NCBI GenBank assembly: GCA_965203485.1
Contig: OZ241892.1
Location: forward strand, 1,952,001-2,016,000
DNA length: 64,000 bases
Direction: 5' to 3'
Origin: Longimicrobiales bacterium
GTDB lineage: Bacteria; Gemmatimonadota; Gemmatimonadetes; Longimicrobiales; Gaopeijiaceae
How positions within the stretch are numbered: the first letter of the stretch is position 1; the number at the start of each line of letters is the position of its first letter. Made by a program: the position numbers and the translations under genes. The notes under the pieces were generated by a model, which saw only the letters and a program-made list of their open reading frames with translations, was not told the DNA's origin and did no database searches. Shown piece by piece: positions 41,501 through 49,869 of the stretch.

Positions 41501-41670
41501 GGAACGCGCATCTGAGCGGCGGCTCCCAGCGTCCCGCCCGCCCACGCGCCCGCCGAGACCGTCCCGGCCGCCTCGGCTTCCCACGCTCCCACCAACCACG
41601 CCGCGACCGCCGCGACGCCGCCCCAACGCCGGGCCGAGAACCGGCGCCGCAACGAATCGGTTAGCTTCAT
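35518..41670 (-). CDS. sprA: SprA-like large outer-membrane protein (cell surface protein SprA family)
   Basis: 2050 aa with signal peptide; V.VDYDQTRE....N...I.Y.G, DY.IDY..G, RPQLG.E, YLDD.DG, SEDLD.DG.LD, NE.SL, GEIWVDELR. Family recognised by eye. Confidence 0.78.
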   Translation of the reverse strand: MKLTDSLRRRFSARRWGGVAAVAAWLVGAWEAEAAGTVSAGAWAGGTLGAAAQMRVPPGASAAQARDTALWLIPQLRATRLPLLGPRPLPVPVARLGLAAIPATRLPGRRLRALPPALEAGLPGLPALEWSRQERFRFGAWGRAIGFGDVPRAEDPERPLDGIAADRLVNEYADLAFSVRGGGELGGEWVRYRPCDEAVQVTCEVPLWPRILSDIRFAATADGTIVDRVRVDVDYDQTREYAGANRVNIHYRGRPGEFLQRLDVGDIGFELPASRFLREAVPAGNFGFRAVAEAGRLNMQAVWAQQNGEVTSRRFQLESAGRSYSRSDTLAVDDADYAAGQFFFLFDPAAFAEYPHVDALSLPSSSGRLAAAPGTEHPIQLYRSAIDLYAQQQVEGYIQAEAAASLGADTVRESAWFRYLQPGQDYVVHPSGLWIALRAPLGPDEMLAVSYVTAAGDTVGAYNPERVYRAGGLPRLQLLKASQALHQPGRPTWRMEMHQVYRVSSSNDVAPGSVDLVISLGEESAGRTFARRPNGDDVTYLRLLGMDEDAPADRLDESQMYRPALDSFDDLPPVQGTYVVFPSLEPFSDPAPVASLSLGADEARAMLGANRNTRIYRAADPFERRNGGIFRLSFAYEVRGSDVVSSFDLQAVGIRPGTETIALGDQLLERGADYAIDYDLGQLQLTDPARLLAGNPARTLEVSWEQRSFFQVAPASVLGASARYDLGDYGSLNLFGLHQAEGELVRRPQLGVEARSVGLGGAAATVGLDAPGVGRALAAIGGLRDGERASVRLSGEALVSLPNPNTQGAAYLDDYDGLEARRLSVQSHDWRLGSRPAFRDGAEHVFPADLSEATLATLSWQHQWIVEDAAGDSLGVFRGFSPAADIDQQIRITGSAVREPGLFLRFDPRDGDLGEANAWSSITTVLNVAGADLTKSDLIEFYARDGEFLTLVLDVGVVSEDAFFVDAGGAVSGTKRGSGVPWGAGRLDQEADPRRGEVWGDLADARGVWNEECLQERGRVYRLGDPDANCTRGNGRPDSEDLDEDGVLDTAERYRRFVIPLDGSSPFLVRDRAETGTRFRLYRVPLRDPAAVDVGGPVGEAELRAVRHVRVAVTGKRRDSFVLTRFGIVGSTWIKRSQSGVLTGLGGDTVAARGRIDVGPVSALTAGDAYVSPPGVVEQLDDPTAAFGGQGVEFNERSLSVAFEDLQPGDRAEVYNRFPQRPRDFRPYREARLWVVAPRGDGLGRLSSAYFFVKMGTDAENFYLYRTRLDPAAAPGRVREEDWLPEVVVAFDEWLDLRRIAEERLAREPRRPGSAPLVAWSADSAYAVVMRDRGRAPNLAAVREMSVGVLNETGAPISGEIWVDELRIDGGVRDAGFASAFDASLDGGGFLQSRVSLRTRGGFFRQLRDAPSFQDERALDLRASLQMGRLAPDAWAIEAPLTVTYERDRRAPIFLERSDVRADRLDGLRRPGFGRVRADVSVRRSATPRDGVWHAVANGLDLRAGVVRSSFRTATTESASQGVDGFLGYAVAPGRRDFPLFPGRVGDALRAVLPAFLEDRVAGARLRWSPERLRFDAEVAREDIETRRFGRAIRGPEDSLATVAHAPRKTFAGTASIGLRPFESLSAEADLTTGRDLLDPAQLAVGEETRDLLAAERTRLASVDFGWEVARRLRTRLLFLPRLSDWARTSMQVTTLYVSERNSDLVEERGGSIQPSGLLRNAGGRRDLSASVSIEPARLAAERVEGGPLATLLGAVEPLAFTYANGFSSRFNRGAVEPGAAYQLGWGRREDFLRIGPDSASVFSQRRRINLRGGARLPGSVSVGLGYDRSLHQTLDARSDRDVLRRVWPDVRATVADLPAPGFLAAFLRRVSASGGYRREVRMRTFGAGSRQDRWREDREVPVAATLRFAGGLAFVYRGRTNRGESADPTGDTRRRATAHSVAASVPLRSPMRLFRMRGAPLLLTLSVAYAGETECRVASPGNLCVPFIDHLDRTASLSVDSSVRDFELGIRLRYADRRSFVGQRASTTRFQLHVYGRFALTPAILPGRS

Positions 41671-41726
41671 GCCACGCCGCAGTTGAAGACGGCCCCGGCA
41701 GCGCGCGACCGGGACTGGAGGGGCTC

Positions 41727-43148
41727 ATGACGATCCTGACTCGCCACCTGATCCGGTCGCTTCTCGGGCCGTTTCTCTTCGCGCTCGTGCTCCTGACCGG
41801 GCTCCTGTTCGTCGAAGCCCTGTCCCGCTACTTGGAGGAATTCTCCGGCAAGGGACTGCCCGCCGGCGTCATCGCCGAGACGATCCTGCTGATCCTGCCG
41901 CACACGATCGCCATCACCCTGCCGGCGGCCGTGCTCGTGGCCGTCCTCTACGCCTACACGGACCTGGCCGCGTCGGGCGAGATCGTGGCCATGGCGGGCA
42001 GCGGCGTAAAGCCCCGCGCGATGCTCCTCCCGGCGCTCGGCTTCGGCGCGGTGGTGGCCGTCTCGACGTACGCGTTCAACGACATCGTCCTCCCGGAGAC
42101 CAACCACCGGCTCGCCGCCGTGCGCAACTCGATCTTTCAGAAGAGCCCGACCTTTCGCCTGCGCCCGAAGGTCTTCAACCGGATCGACCCCGAAGCGGCC
42201 CGCGGGCCTTACTTCCTGCGCGCCGACTCCATCGATCCCGTCTCCAACCGGCTCGAAGGCATCGTCATTCACGATCTGAGCCGCCCGCCGGCGCGCGGCA
42301 CCATCTACGCGGCGCGGGGCGAGATGGCCCTGACCGCCGAGTTCACGGACCTGCAGCTGCGGTTGCACGACGGCGAGGCATACGAGGTCGACGGGCGCGC
42401 GCCTCAAACGCTCCAGCACACCGAATTCGACGACAGGCTCTACGTGCTCCGCAACGTGGGCGACGTGCTGCAGGCCACGGAGGGCGCCCGCCGCAGCGAC
42501 CGGGAGATGTCGGCCGCCCAGCTCCGCGGAGCCGTCGCCGAGACCCGGGAGCGTCTGGCCGCGATGCGCGCGGAGGCGAAGGAACTGTCGCGCTCGACGG
42601 TCGAGGAGGCTCTGGGCGCCGGACCGGCCGCGGACTCGCTGCGGGCGCTCGCGGAGGCCCGCGCCCGGGAAGGCGACGTGGGAATCGCCTTCGGATACGA
42701 CGCGCTCACGAGACGAACTGTCGAGGCGTCCCAGTCGCACAAGGCCACGGCCGAGTTCCTCGAAGGACGCGCGAGCCGCTACGGCGTCGAGATCCACAAG
42801 AAGCTCGTGCTCGCGACCGGGTGCATCGTGTTCGTGCTGATCGGCGTGCCGCTGGGAATGCGCTTTCCGCTCGGCGGGGTGGGCATGGTGATCCTCGTCT
42901 CGACAGGGGTCTTCTCCGCGTACAGAATCGGCCTCAACAACGGCGAGGACCTCGCCGACCGCGGGCTGGCAAGCCCGTTCTGGGCGATGTGGACGACGAG
43001 CATCGTCTTCTTGGCGCTGGGGACGTTCATGGTCGCTCGCATCAGCCGGTGGGTGGACGCGGGCCGCAGCGGGACGCTGGCCAGTCTGCGAGACGTCGGC
43101 GGCAGAGCGCTCGCGCTGCTGGTCGGCCGGGCGCGCGCGGCCAAGTGA
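41727..43148 (+). CDS. lptF: LPS export ABC transporter permease LptF
   Basis: IL.RH....L.GPF, LP.AVL.A.L..Y..L....EI.AM..SG, EIHKK, IG.PLG. Confidence 0.85.
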   Translation: MTILTRHLIRSLLGPFLFALVLLTGLLFVEALSRYLEEFSGKGLPAGVIAETILLILPHTIAITLPAAVLVAVLYAYTDLAASGEIVAMAGSGVKPRAMLLPALGFGAVVAVSTYAFNDIVLPETNHRLAAVRNSIFQKSPTFRLRPKVFNRIDPEAARGPYFLRADSIDPVSNRLEGIVIHDLSRPPARGTIYAARGEMALTAEFTDLQLRLHDGEAYEVDGRAPQTLQHTEFDDRLYVLRNVGDVLQATEGARRSDREMSAAQLRGAVAETRERLAAMRAEAKELSRSTVEEALGAGPAADSLRALAEARAREGDVGIAFGYDALTRRTVEASQSHKATAEFLEGRASRYGVEIHKKLVLATGCIVFVLIGVPLGMRFPLGGVGMVILVSTGVFSAYRIGLNNGEDLADRGLASPFWAMWTTSIVFLALGTFMVARISRWVDAGRSGTLASLRDVGGRALALLVGRARAAK

Positions 43149-44215
43149 CCTGGACCCTCGACAAGCTGGTCGGCCAGGCCTTCCTGGGGATATTCGTCCG
43201 GTTCATAATCGGCGTTCCGGTGCTGATCAGCATCATCAACATGTCGGACAACCTCAATTACCACCTGGACCGCGACGTTCCGATGCTGGACATCTTCCTG
43301 GGGTACGTCTACACCTACCCGCAACACATGGTCTTCGCGTTTCCGATCGCCGCCTTGGTCGCCTCGGTGTTCACCGTCCATTCGATGACCGTGCACCGCG
43401 AGATCATCGCCGCGAAAGGGGGGGGCGTCTCGTTCCACCGGCTCTTCGCCCCGCTCTGGGTCCTGGGCATCGCACTGACGGGCGCGGCGTTCTACCTGGA
43501 CCAGATCACGCCTGCCGCCAACCGCAGGACGGCGGAACTCCACAAGGAGCGCGAGATGCGCCGCGACTGGCGCACCAACTTCGTCTTCGAGACCGAGGAC
43601 GGCGACCGGCTGACGGCCGACCGCCTGACGGCGGACCTGGGCATCGTGGACGGCGTGCTCGTCGAGAGCCGCGACCCGGACGGATCGCTGCGCCACGTCT
43701 GGGCCAGCCAAGCTGTGTACGAGGGGCCGGACGCCGGCTGGACGTTCAACGACGGGCACCTTCGCGTGATCGCTCCGGACGGCGGCGAAGAATCCTACCG
43801 GTTCGCCCGGCAGCGCCGGACGACGCTGGCGGTCACGCCCGACGAAATGCTGGAGGAGCCGCCCGAAGAGGACGAAATGACCTACGCCGAGCTGGGACGC
43901 AGGGCGGAGGCCGTGATCCGCTCCGGCGGCGACGCCCGCAAGATCCTGGTCAGGCGAGAGCAGAAGCGGGCGTTGGCGGCCGCGACCTTCGTGGTCGTGC
44001 TGCTGGGCATCCCGCTCGCCACCACCTCGCGCAAGGGCGGCGCATCGTTCGGAATCAGCGTGTCGCTGTGCACGACCATGGCGTACTACCTGCTGCTCAA
44101 CCTCTCGGGGGCGGCGGGCGAAGCAGGCGCGCTGTCGCCCTGGTGGGCCGCCTGGAGTCCCAACCTCTTCTTCTTCGCGACGGCCGCGACGCTGGCCGCG
44201 CGGGTGCGCACCTGA
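43145..44215 (+). CDS. lptG: LPS export ABC transporter permease LptG
   Basis: GTGA overlap with lptF; EI.A.K.GGVS..RL, LGIPL, AAWSPN. Confidence 0.85.
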   Translation: MTWTLDKLVGQAFLGIFVRFIIGVPVLISIINMSDNLNYHLDRDVPMLDIFLGYVYTYPQHMVFAFPIAALVASVFTVHSMTVHREIIAAKGGGVSFHRLFAPLWVLGIALTGAAFYLDQITPAANRRTAELHKEREMRRDWRTNFVFETEDGDRLTADRLTADLGIVDGVLVESRDPDGSLRHVWASQAVYEGPDAGWTFNDGHLRVIAPDGGEESYRFARQRRTTLAVTPDEMLEEPPEEDEMTYAELGRRAEAVIRSGGDARKILVRREQKRALAAATFVVVLLGIPLATTSRKGGASFGISVSLCTTMAYYLLLNLSGAAGEAGALSPWWAAWSPNLFFFATAATLAARVRT

Positions 44216-44454
44216 GGGCTCGGCTAGCGGGACGCTCGGCCGTCGCGGTCAAGGACGGGTCGCCGGAATCGGCGTAGGCGGCAGGGCGACCCGGTCTGTT
44301 CGCATGGCCGCCAACCGCGAAGTGCGCCCTTGCGACGAGGTTGCCGGACCGGCGCCCGCCACCTCAACCAGCGTGATATCATGATACTATCGCTCCTGCG
44401 GACTGCCTCGCGGGCGCAAGCGACCGGCGCGGATTGCGGATCCCGGCTCGTGGG

Positions 44455-45534
44455 CTAATCCTGCCCGGCCACGGCGCGGTCCTCCGGCGAGGCGGCCAGC
44501 ACGCCCGCCAGCTCGCCCGTGCACGCCACCTCGACCGGGCCCCGCAACCGGACGGCGCGGCCGGGCATCCAGTCCACCTCCATCGGCCCGCCCGGCATCG
44601 CGACCCTGCACCGCCCCGGCTCGATCAAGCCTGCCCGCGCCGCCGCCGCCGCCGCCGCGCATGCCGAAGTGCCCGACGAATCCGTCCGGCCCACGCCCCT
44701 CTCCCAGATCCGGATCGCCAGCTCCCCGTCCGCTGCCACCGTCGCGAACTGCACGTTCGCCCCTTCAGGAAACGCTTCGTGCGCCGAGACCAGCGGGCCG
44801 ATCCGTGCCACATCCTCGTCGGACCACGAGTCCCCGAAGAGCACCGCGTGCGGGTTGCCCACCGATACCGGCGCCGCAACCACGCGGTCCCGGCCCGCCC
44901 CCGCCGCCAACGGCAGCGTCGCCCGCCCGCGCTCGTCCACCCAACCCGGCGCCACGAACGGCGGCCCGGCGGGAAACTCCACCAGCCCCATCTCCACCCG
45001 CACGTCCCACGCTCCCCCCAACCCCGGCCCCCGAACGTCCAGCTCGGCCGGTCCCGCCGCCGTCTCCACGGCGAACGGGCTCTTGCCGGCGCGACCCGTC
45101 CGCCGCAAGTGCACTCCCGCGACGCGCAGCCCGTTGCCGCTGCGCTCGAACTCTCCGCCGTCCGGATTGAACATGCGCAACAGCCGCGGCCGGTCCGCCC
45201 GCTCGGCGCACGCCACCACGATGCCGTCGGCTCCAACCCCGCGCCGCCGGTCGCATATCCGCCGCGCGAGCCCGGCGCTCAGCGTCGGCCCGGCCCCCTC
45301 GTCGAACACCAGGTAGTCGTTCCCCTGCCCGTGCGCCTTGAGGAAGCGAGGCGCGACGCGCGGAGGCGGCGGAGGCGAAAGCGCGCTCGCCGCGCCCGGT
45401 CCGAGCGGGAGCGAGGCTCGCCTTGGCTCCATCGCGTCCGTCGCCCGCTTCGGCGCTCTCATCGCGCTCGTCCTCGCAGGGGGGAGGCCCGCCGCAACGC
45501 CCTCCGCAACTTTCGGGAGCGCTTTCTCGTCCAA
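44455..45534 (-). CDS. dapF: Diaminopimelate epimerase-like protein with Ser at both catalytic Cys positions
   Basis: F.K.HG.GNDY, R..GVGADG, FNPDG.E.ERSGNGLR, VGNPHAV, FPEGANVQ, WERGVG.T.SSGTSACA. Start uncertain. Confidence 0.85.
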   Translation of the reverse strand: MDEKALPKVAEGVAAGLPPARTSAMRAPKRATDAMEPRRASLPLGPGAASALSPPPPPRVAPRFLKAHGQGNDYLVFDEGAGPTLSAGLARRICDRRRGVGADGIVVACAERADRPRLLRMFNPDGGEFERSGNGLRVAGVHLRRTGRAGKSPFAVETAAGPAELDVRGPGLGGAWDVRVEMGLVEFPAGPPFVAPGWVDERGRATLPLAAGAGRDRVVAAPVSVGNPHAVLFGDSWSDEDVARIGPLVSAHEAFPEGANVQFATVAADGELAIRIWERGVGRTDSSGTSACAAAAAAARAGLIEPGRCRVAMPGGPMEVDWMPGRAVRLRGPVEVACTGELAGVLAASPEDRAVAGQD

Positions 45535-45631
45535 TCATAAGTCGGCCGAGCGGGCACGTTCGGGCCGGCGCTCTTCAGACGCAAAGAAAACGGGCGGCTC
45601 CGGGGGAGTCGACGCACAACGGGAGGCGGGG

Positions 45632-48331
45632 ATGGGCGGACGGGCATGGAGGCGGGACTTGGTGCGGGCGGGCGTCGCGGCGGCGGCGGCCTTGGCGGCG
45701 ACGGCGCTTCTGCCGACGCTGGGGGATGCGGGAACCGTCGGGGCGCAGGAGGCCGAGGGCGCCGGCGCGGAGACGAATTCGGGCGGCGGGCGGGCGGCCC
45801 CCAGCCTCGAAGCGCGACCGCTGGCCGACGGCGCGCCCACGATCGACGGCATGCTGGACGAGGCGGACTGGGGGGCGGCGATGGTGGCGCGCGACTTCGT
45901 CGTGTTCGAGCCGAACGAAGGCGAGCCGGCGTCGCAGAGGACGGAGGCGCGCGTGCTCTACGGGACCGACGCGATCTACGTGGGCATCCGCGCCTTCGAC
46001 GAAGCGCCGGATTCGATCGTCTCGCGCTTGGCGCGCCGCGACGAGCGTCCGCACTCCGACTGGCTGGACGTCGCCATCGACAGCTATCACGACCGCCGCA
46101 CCGCATTCGGGTTCTCGGTCAACCCGGCGGGCGTCAAGGTGGACGTGTACTACTTCGACGACACCAACGAAGACACGTCGTGGGACGCCGTTTGGGACGT
46201 GGCCACGAAGATCGACTCCCTTGGGTGGACGGCGGAGTTCCGCATCCCCTATTCGCAGCTTCGCTTCAACGGGGCGGCCCGCCAGACGTGGGGAATCAAC
46301 TTCGCGCGGGTCGTCGCCCGGCACCTGGAGCAGAGCCTCTGGGCGCCGATCTCGCGCGGGGACGGCGCCTTGGTGTCGCGCTTCGGGCTGCTGAAGGGGT
46401 TGCGCGACCTGTCGCCGCCAAGACGCCTGGAGATGGTTCCCTATTCGCTCATGCGCCTGGAGAGCCTGCCCGGCGCAGCCGCGGATCCCTTCCACGACCC
46501 GCGCGACTTCTCCTACGCCGTGGGCGGCGACGTCAAGTACGGCCTCACCACCGACCTCACGCTGGACCTGACCATCAACCCCGACTTCGGCCAGGTGGAG
46601 GCCGACCCCGCCGAGGTCAACCTGACCGCGTTCGAGTCCTACTTCTCCGAGCGGCGGCCGTTCTTCGTGGAGGGAGCGAACATCTTCTCGTTCCGGTTCT
46701 CGCCGGGAGACGGCGACGGAGCGAGCGAGAACCTCTTCTATTCCCGGCGGATCGGACGCGCGCCCCGCGGGACGGTGTCGCCGGGGCTCTACTCGGACGC
46801 GCCGGACCGCACGCGCATCGCCGGAGCGCTCAAGCTGTCGGGCAAGACGCGGGCCGGATGGTCCGTGGGGCTCCTGCACGCGCTGACGACCAGCGAAGAG
46901 GCCTTGCGCGCGGACGGAACGCGCATGCTGGACGCGCAGGTCGTCGAGCCCCTGGCGCACTACGGCGTAGGACGCCTCAGCAAGGACTTTCGGGGCGGCA
47001 AAAGCTCGCTCGGCGTGATCTCGACCTGGACCGCGCGCGACGAGGCCGCCGCCGCCGAGCTGGCGCTGCACCAGGGCGCGTACGCCGCGGGAATGGACGC
47101 CCGCCACCGCTTCGGCGACGACCGCTTCGTGGTCTCGGGCTACCTCATCGGCACGACGGTGCGCGGCTCCGAAGAGGCCATCGCCCGAACTCAGCGGGCC
47201 CCTGCCCGCTACTACCAGCGGCCCGACGCCGGCCACACCGAGTTCGACGCCGGGCGCACGTCGCTCAACGGCTGGGCCGGGTCGGCGACGTTCGCCAAGA
47301 TCGCGGGAGGCTACTGGCGCTACGCCGCCGGGGTCATGGCCCGCTCGCCCGGCTTCGAAGCCAACGACGCCGGGTTCATGCGCGAAGCCGACTTCGCGAG
47401 CCCATGGGTCTGGGCGGCCTACAACCGCTACAAGCCGAGCGAACGCTTCCAGCGCTGGAACGTGAACCTGAACGGCTGGAGCTCGTACAGCTTCGGCGGA
47501 GAACGCTACTCGACCGGCGCCAACGTGAACGGCAACTTCACGCTCAGCAACTTCTGGGGCGGCTACCTGGGCGTGAACCACAACACGGAAGGACTGAGCA
47601 ACACCACGTTGCGCGGGGGGCCGATGTTCCTGCGCGACGCCGCCTGGAACGGGTGGGGAGGGTTCTGGTCCGACTCGCGCAAGCCGCTCAGGGTCAACGT
47701 CGGCGGCAACTGGTCGGCCAGGCCGGAGAGCGGCTCCTGGGGATGGGGAGCCGACGCCAGCCTTCACTGGCGCCCGTCGTCGAGCGTCACGGTGTCGGCG
47801 GGGCCCTTCGTGCAAGTCCGATCCGAGGACCTGCAGTGGGTCAGGCGCTTCCAGGGCGACGCGCCGCTGTACGTGTTCGGCGAGCTGAGGCAGACGACGG
47901 CCGGCGCCACGACCCGCGCTTCGTGGACATTCTCGCCGACGCTGTCGTTGCAGGTCTACGCGGAGCCGTTCGTCTCGGCGGGAAGGTACGGAGAGTTCAA
48001 GCGGATCGTGGACCCGCGCGCCGAAGCCTACGCGGATCGCTACGCGGCAGTGGGGACGCTCGCCGTCCGCGACGGCCGGGTCGAAGCCGACGTCGACGGA
48101 GACGGCTCGCCCGATTCGTTCCGCAACCCCGACTTCAGCGTCAAGCAGTTCCGGTCCAACGTGGTGCTGCGCTGGGAGTACCAGCCCGGTTCGGCGCTGT
48201 TCCTGGCGTGGTCGCAGGGACGCGACCACTACGCGCAGACCGGCGCCGTCTCCTTCGGCGACGTGGGCACGCTGTTCGGCGAACCCAGCGAGGACGTGTT
48301 CATGGCGAAGCTGAGCTACTGGATCGGGTAG
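45632..48331 (+). CDS. CBM9-like/DUF5916 outer-membrane protein (paralog 2)
   Basis: IDG.LDE..W, WDAVW, GWTAEFRIPYSQLRF, INPDFGQVEADP..VNL..FE..F.ERRPFF.EG, LFYSRRIG, NVVLRWEY.PGS, KLSYW. Confidence 0.85.
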   Translation: MGGRAWRRDLVRAGVAAAAALAATALLPTLGDAGTVGAQEAEGAGAETNSGGGRAAPSLEARPLADGAPTIDGMLDEADWGAAMVARDFVVFEPNEGEPASQRTEARVLYGTDAIYVGIRAFDEAPDSIVSRLARRDERPHSDWLDVAIDSYHDRRTAFGFSVNPAGVKVDVYYFDDTNEDTSWDAVWDVATKIDSLGWTAEFRIPYSQLRFNGAARQTWGINFARVVARHLEQSLWAPISRGDGALVSRFGLLKGLRDLSPPRRLEMVPYSLMRLESLPGAAADPFHDPRDFSYAVGGDVKYGLTTDLTLDLTINPDFGQVEADPAEVNLTAFESYFSERRPFFVEGANIFSFRFSPGDGDGASENLFYSRRIGRAPRGTVSPGLYSDAPDRTRIAGALKLSGKTRAGWSVGLLHALTTSEEALRADGTRMLDAQVVEPLAHYGVGRLSKDFRGGKSSLGVISTWTARDEAAAAELALHQGAYAAGMDARHRFGDDRFVVSGYLIGTTVRGSEEAIARTQRAPARYYQRPDAGHTEFDAGRTSLNGWAGSATFAKIAGGYWRYAAGVMARSPGFEANDAGFMREADFASPWVWAAYNRYKPSERFQRWNVNLNGWSSYSFGGERYSTGANVNGNFTLSNFWGGYLGVNHNTEGLSNTTLRGGPMFLRDAAWNGWGGFWSDSRKPLRVNVGGNWSARPESGSWGWGADASLHWRPSSSVTVSAGPFVQVRSEDLQWVRRFQGDAPLYVFGELRQTTAGATTRASWTFSPTLSLQVYAEPFVSAGRYGEFKRIVDPRAEAYADRYAAVGTLAVRDGRVEADVDGDGSPDSFRNPDFSVKQFRSNVVLRWEYQPGSALFLAWSQGRDHYAQTGAVSFGDVGTLFGEPSEDVFMAKLSYWIG

Positions 48332-48360
48332 GAGCCGCCGCGGGCGCCGCCGAGATATGT

Positions 48361-49869
48361 TTGGTGCGCCGCCCGGCTCCCGGCTCACGCGCCCCGACGC
48401 GCCCCGCAACTGAGGCCGCCACGTCCGCTCCCCCACCCCGCTTTCTCGCGTTCGTCAAGGACGATTGCGAGACATGCCACTTGGCGGCGCCGGCGCTGCG
48501 AGCCCTTGCGGCGGCAGGCCTCGACGTCGCCGTCCATTGGCAGGACGACGGCACGTTCCTGGGCGACGGGGTCGTCGCGCTCGACGACCGCGAGCTCGAG
48601 CACGCGTTTCGCCACGGCGTCGAGACGGTGCCGACGCTGGTCCGCATCGAGGGCGGAGCCGAGACCGGTCGAGCCGTCGGGTGGCACAAGGGGGAATGGC
48701 GCATCCTGAGCGGCATCGAGACCCTCGGCTCCGGCCTGCCCGAGAGCCGGCCCGGATGCGGGTCGCGCTCGGCGGAGCCGCGTGTGCGCGAGGCGTTGCG
48801 GGTACGGTTCGGCGAGACCGGAATCCGAGCCCGCCGGCTGGCGGCGGGACGGTACGACGATCCGGCCGAGATCTGCTACGAGCGCGGCTGGACCGACGGA
48901 TTGCCGGTGGTGCCGCCGACGCCCGAGCGCATCTTGCGCATGCTCGCGGGCACGCGCCGAAGCCCCGCCGACGTGATCGGGCCGATTCCGCCGGCGCTCG
49001 CGCCGTGCACCGTCGAGAAGGCCGCGATCAACGCCGTGATGGCAGGTTGCCTGCCCGAGTACCTTCCGCTCGTGATCGGTGCGCTCGAGGCCGCGCTGGA
49101 CCCCCGCTTCACGTTGCACGGCGTCACCTGCAGCACCTGCTTCTCGAGTCCCGTGATCGTCGTCAACGGCCCCGTGGCCCGGCGCATCGGCATGAACGCC
49201 GGGCTGAACGCGCTCGGCCAAGGCAACCGCGCCAACGCAACGATCGGGCGCGCCCTGAACCTGATCGTGCGCAACGTGGGCGGCGGCCGGCCGGGCGAAA
49301 TCGACCGCGCGACGCTGGGCGGGCCGGGAAAGTACACGTTCTGCTTCGCCGAGGACGAATCCGATCCCGCCTGGGAGCCGCTGGCCGTCTCGCGGGGCAT
49401 CGCCCCGGGGCGCAGCGCGGTCACGCTGTTCGCCGGCGACGGCGTCCAAGGCGTGACCGACCGCAAGGCGCGCACGCCGCAGGAACTCACGCGCTCCCTG
49501 GCCATGGCGCTTCAGGCGGCCGGCCACCCCAAGCTGTGCCGCTGGGCCGCCGCCCTGCTGGTCATGGCCCCGGAGCACTACGGCGTCTACCGCCGGGCCG
49601 GTTGGGACCGGACGCGCATCGCGAACGCGCTTCACGAAGCCACGGGACGGCCTCTGGACGACGTCGTCCAGGGCGCGCACGGGGTCGCCGAGGGCGTCGA
49701 TCCCGCCGCTGGCGGCGAACGCCGCCTGGTGCCCAAGTTCCGCAAGGACGCCCTCGTGCTGGTCCGCGCCGGGGGCGACGCCGGCGCCTACTCCGCCGTC
49801 CTCGCCGGCTGGCCCGGCGGCGGCTCCGGCGAGGGATCCCACTCCGTGACAAGAGAGATCGACGCATGA
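48361..49869 (+). CDS. Thioredoxin-like (CETC) domain fused to a conserved uncharacterised domain; partner of the UGSC protein
   Basis: VKDDCETC, VETVPTL (cis-Pro), PGCGS, GWTDGLPVVPPT..R...ML, TVEK.AINAVMAGC, GNRANATIGRA. Start uncertain. ATGA overlap with the UGSC gene. Confidence 0.75.
   Translation: MVRRPAPGSRAPTRPATEAATSAPPPRFLAFVKDDCETCHLAAPALRALAAAGLDVAVHWQDDGTFLGDGVVALDDRELEHAFRHGVETVPTLVRIEGGAETGRAVGWHKGEWRILSGIETLGSGLPESRPGCGSRSAEPRVREALRVRFGETGIRARRLAAGRYDDPAEICYERGWTDGLPVVPPTPERILRMLAGTRRSPADVIGPIPPALAPCTVEKAAINAVMAGCLPEYLPLVIGALEAALDPRFTLHGVTCSTCFSSPVIVVNGPVARRIGMNAGLNALGQGNRANATIGRALNLIVRNVGGGRPGEIDRATLGGPGKYTFCFAEDESDPAWEPLAVSRGIAPGRSAVTLFAGDGVQGVTDRKARTPQELTRSLAMALQAAGHPKLCRWAAALLVMAPEHYGVYRRAGWDRTRIANALHEATGRPLDDVVQGAHGVAEGVDPAAGGERRLVPKFRKDALVLVRAGGDAGAYSAVLAGWPGGGSGEGSHSVTREIDA

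Noticed and set aside
45646..49869. 1407-aa ORF, and similar very long R/G/P/A-rich ORFs (33488..37369, 29702..32662, 4918..7707 N-terminal part, 45575..48436)
   Set aside because: These are shadow or alternate-frame extensions typical of high-GC DNA; only the portions with recognisable domains were kept.
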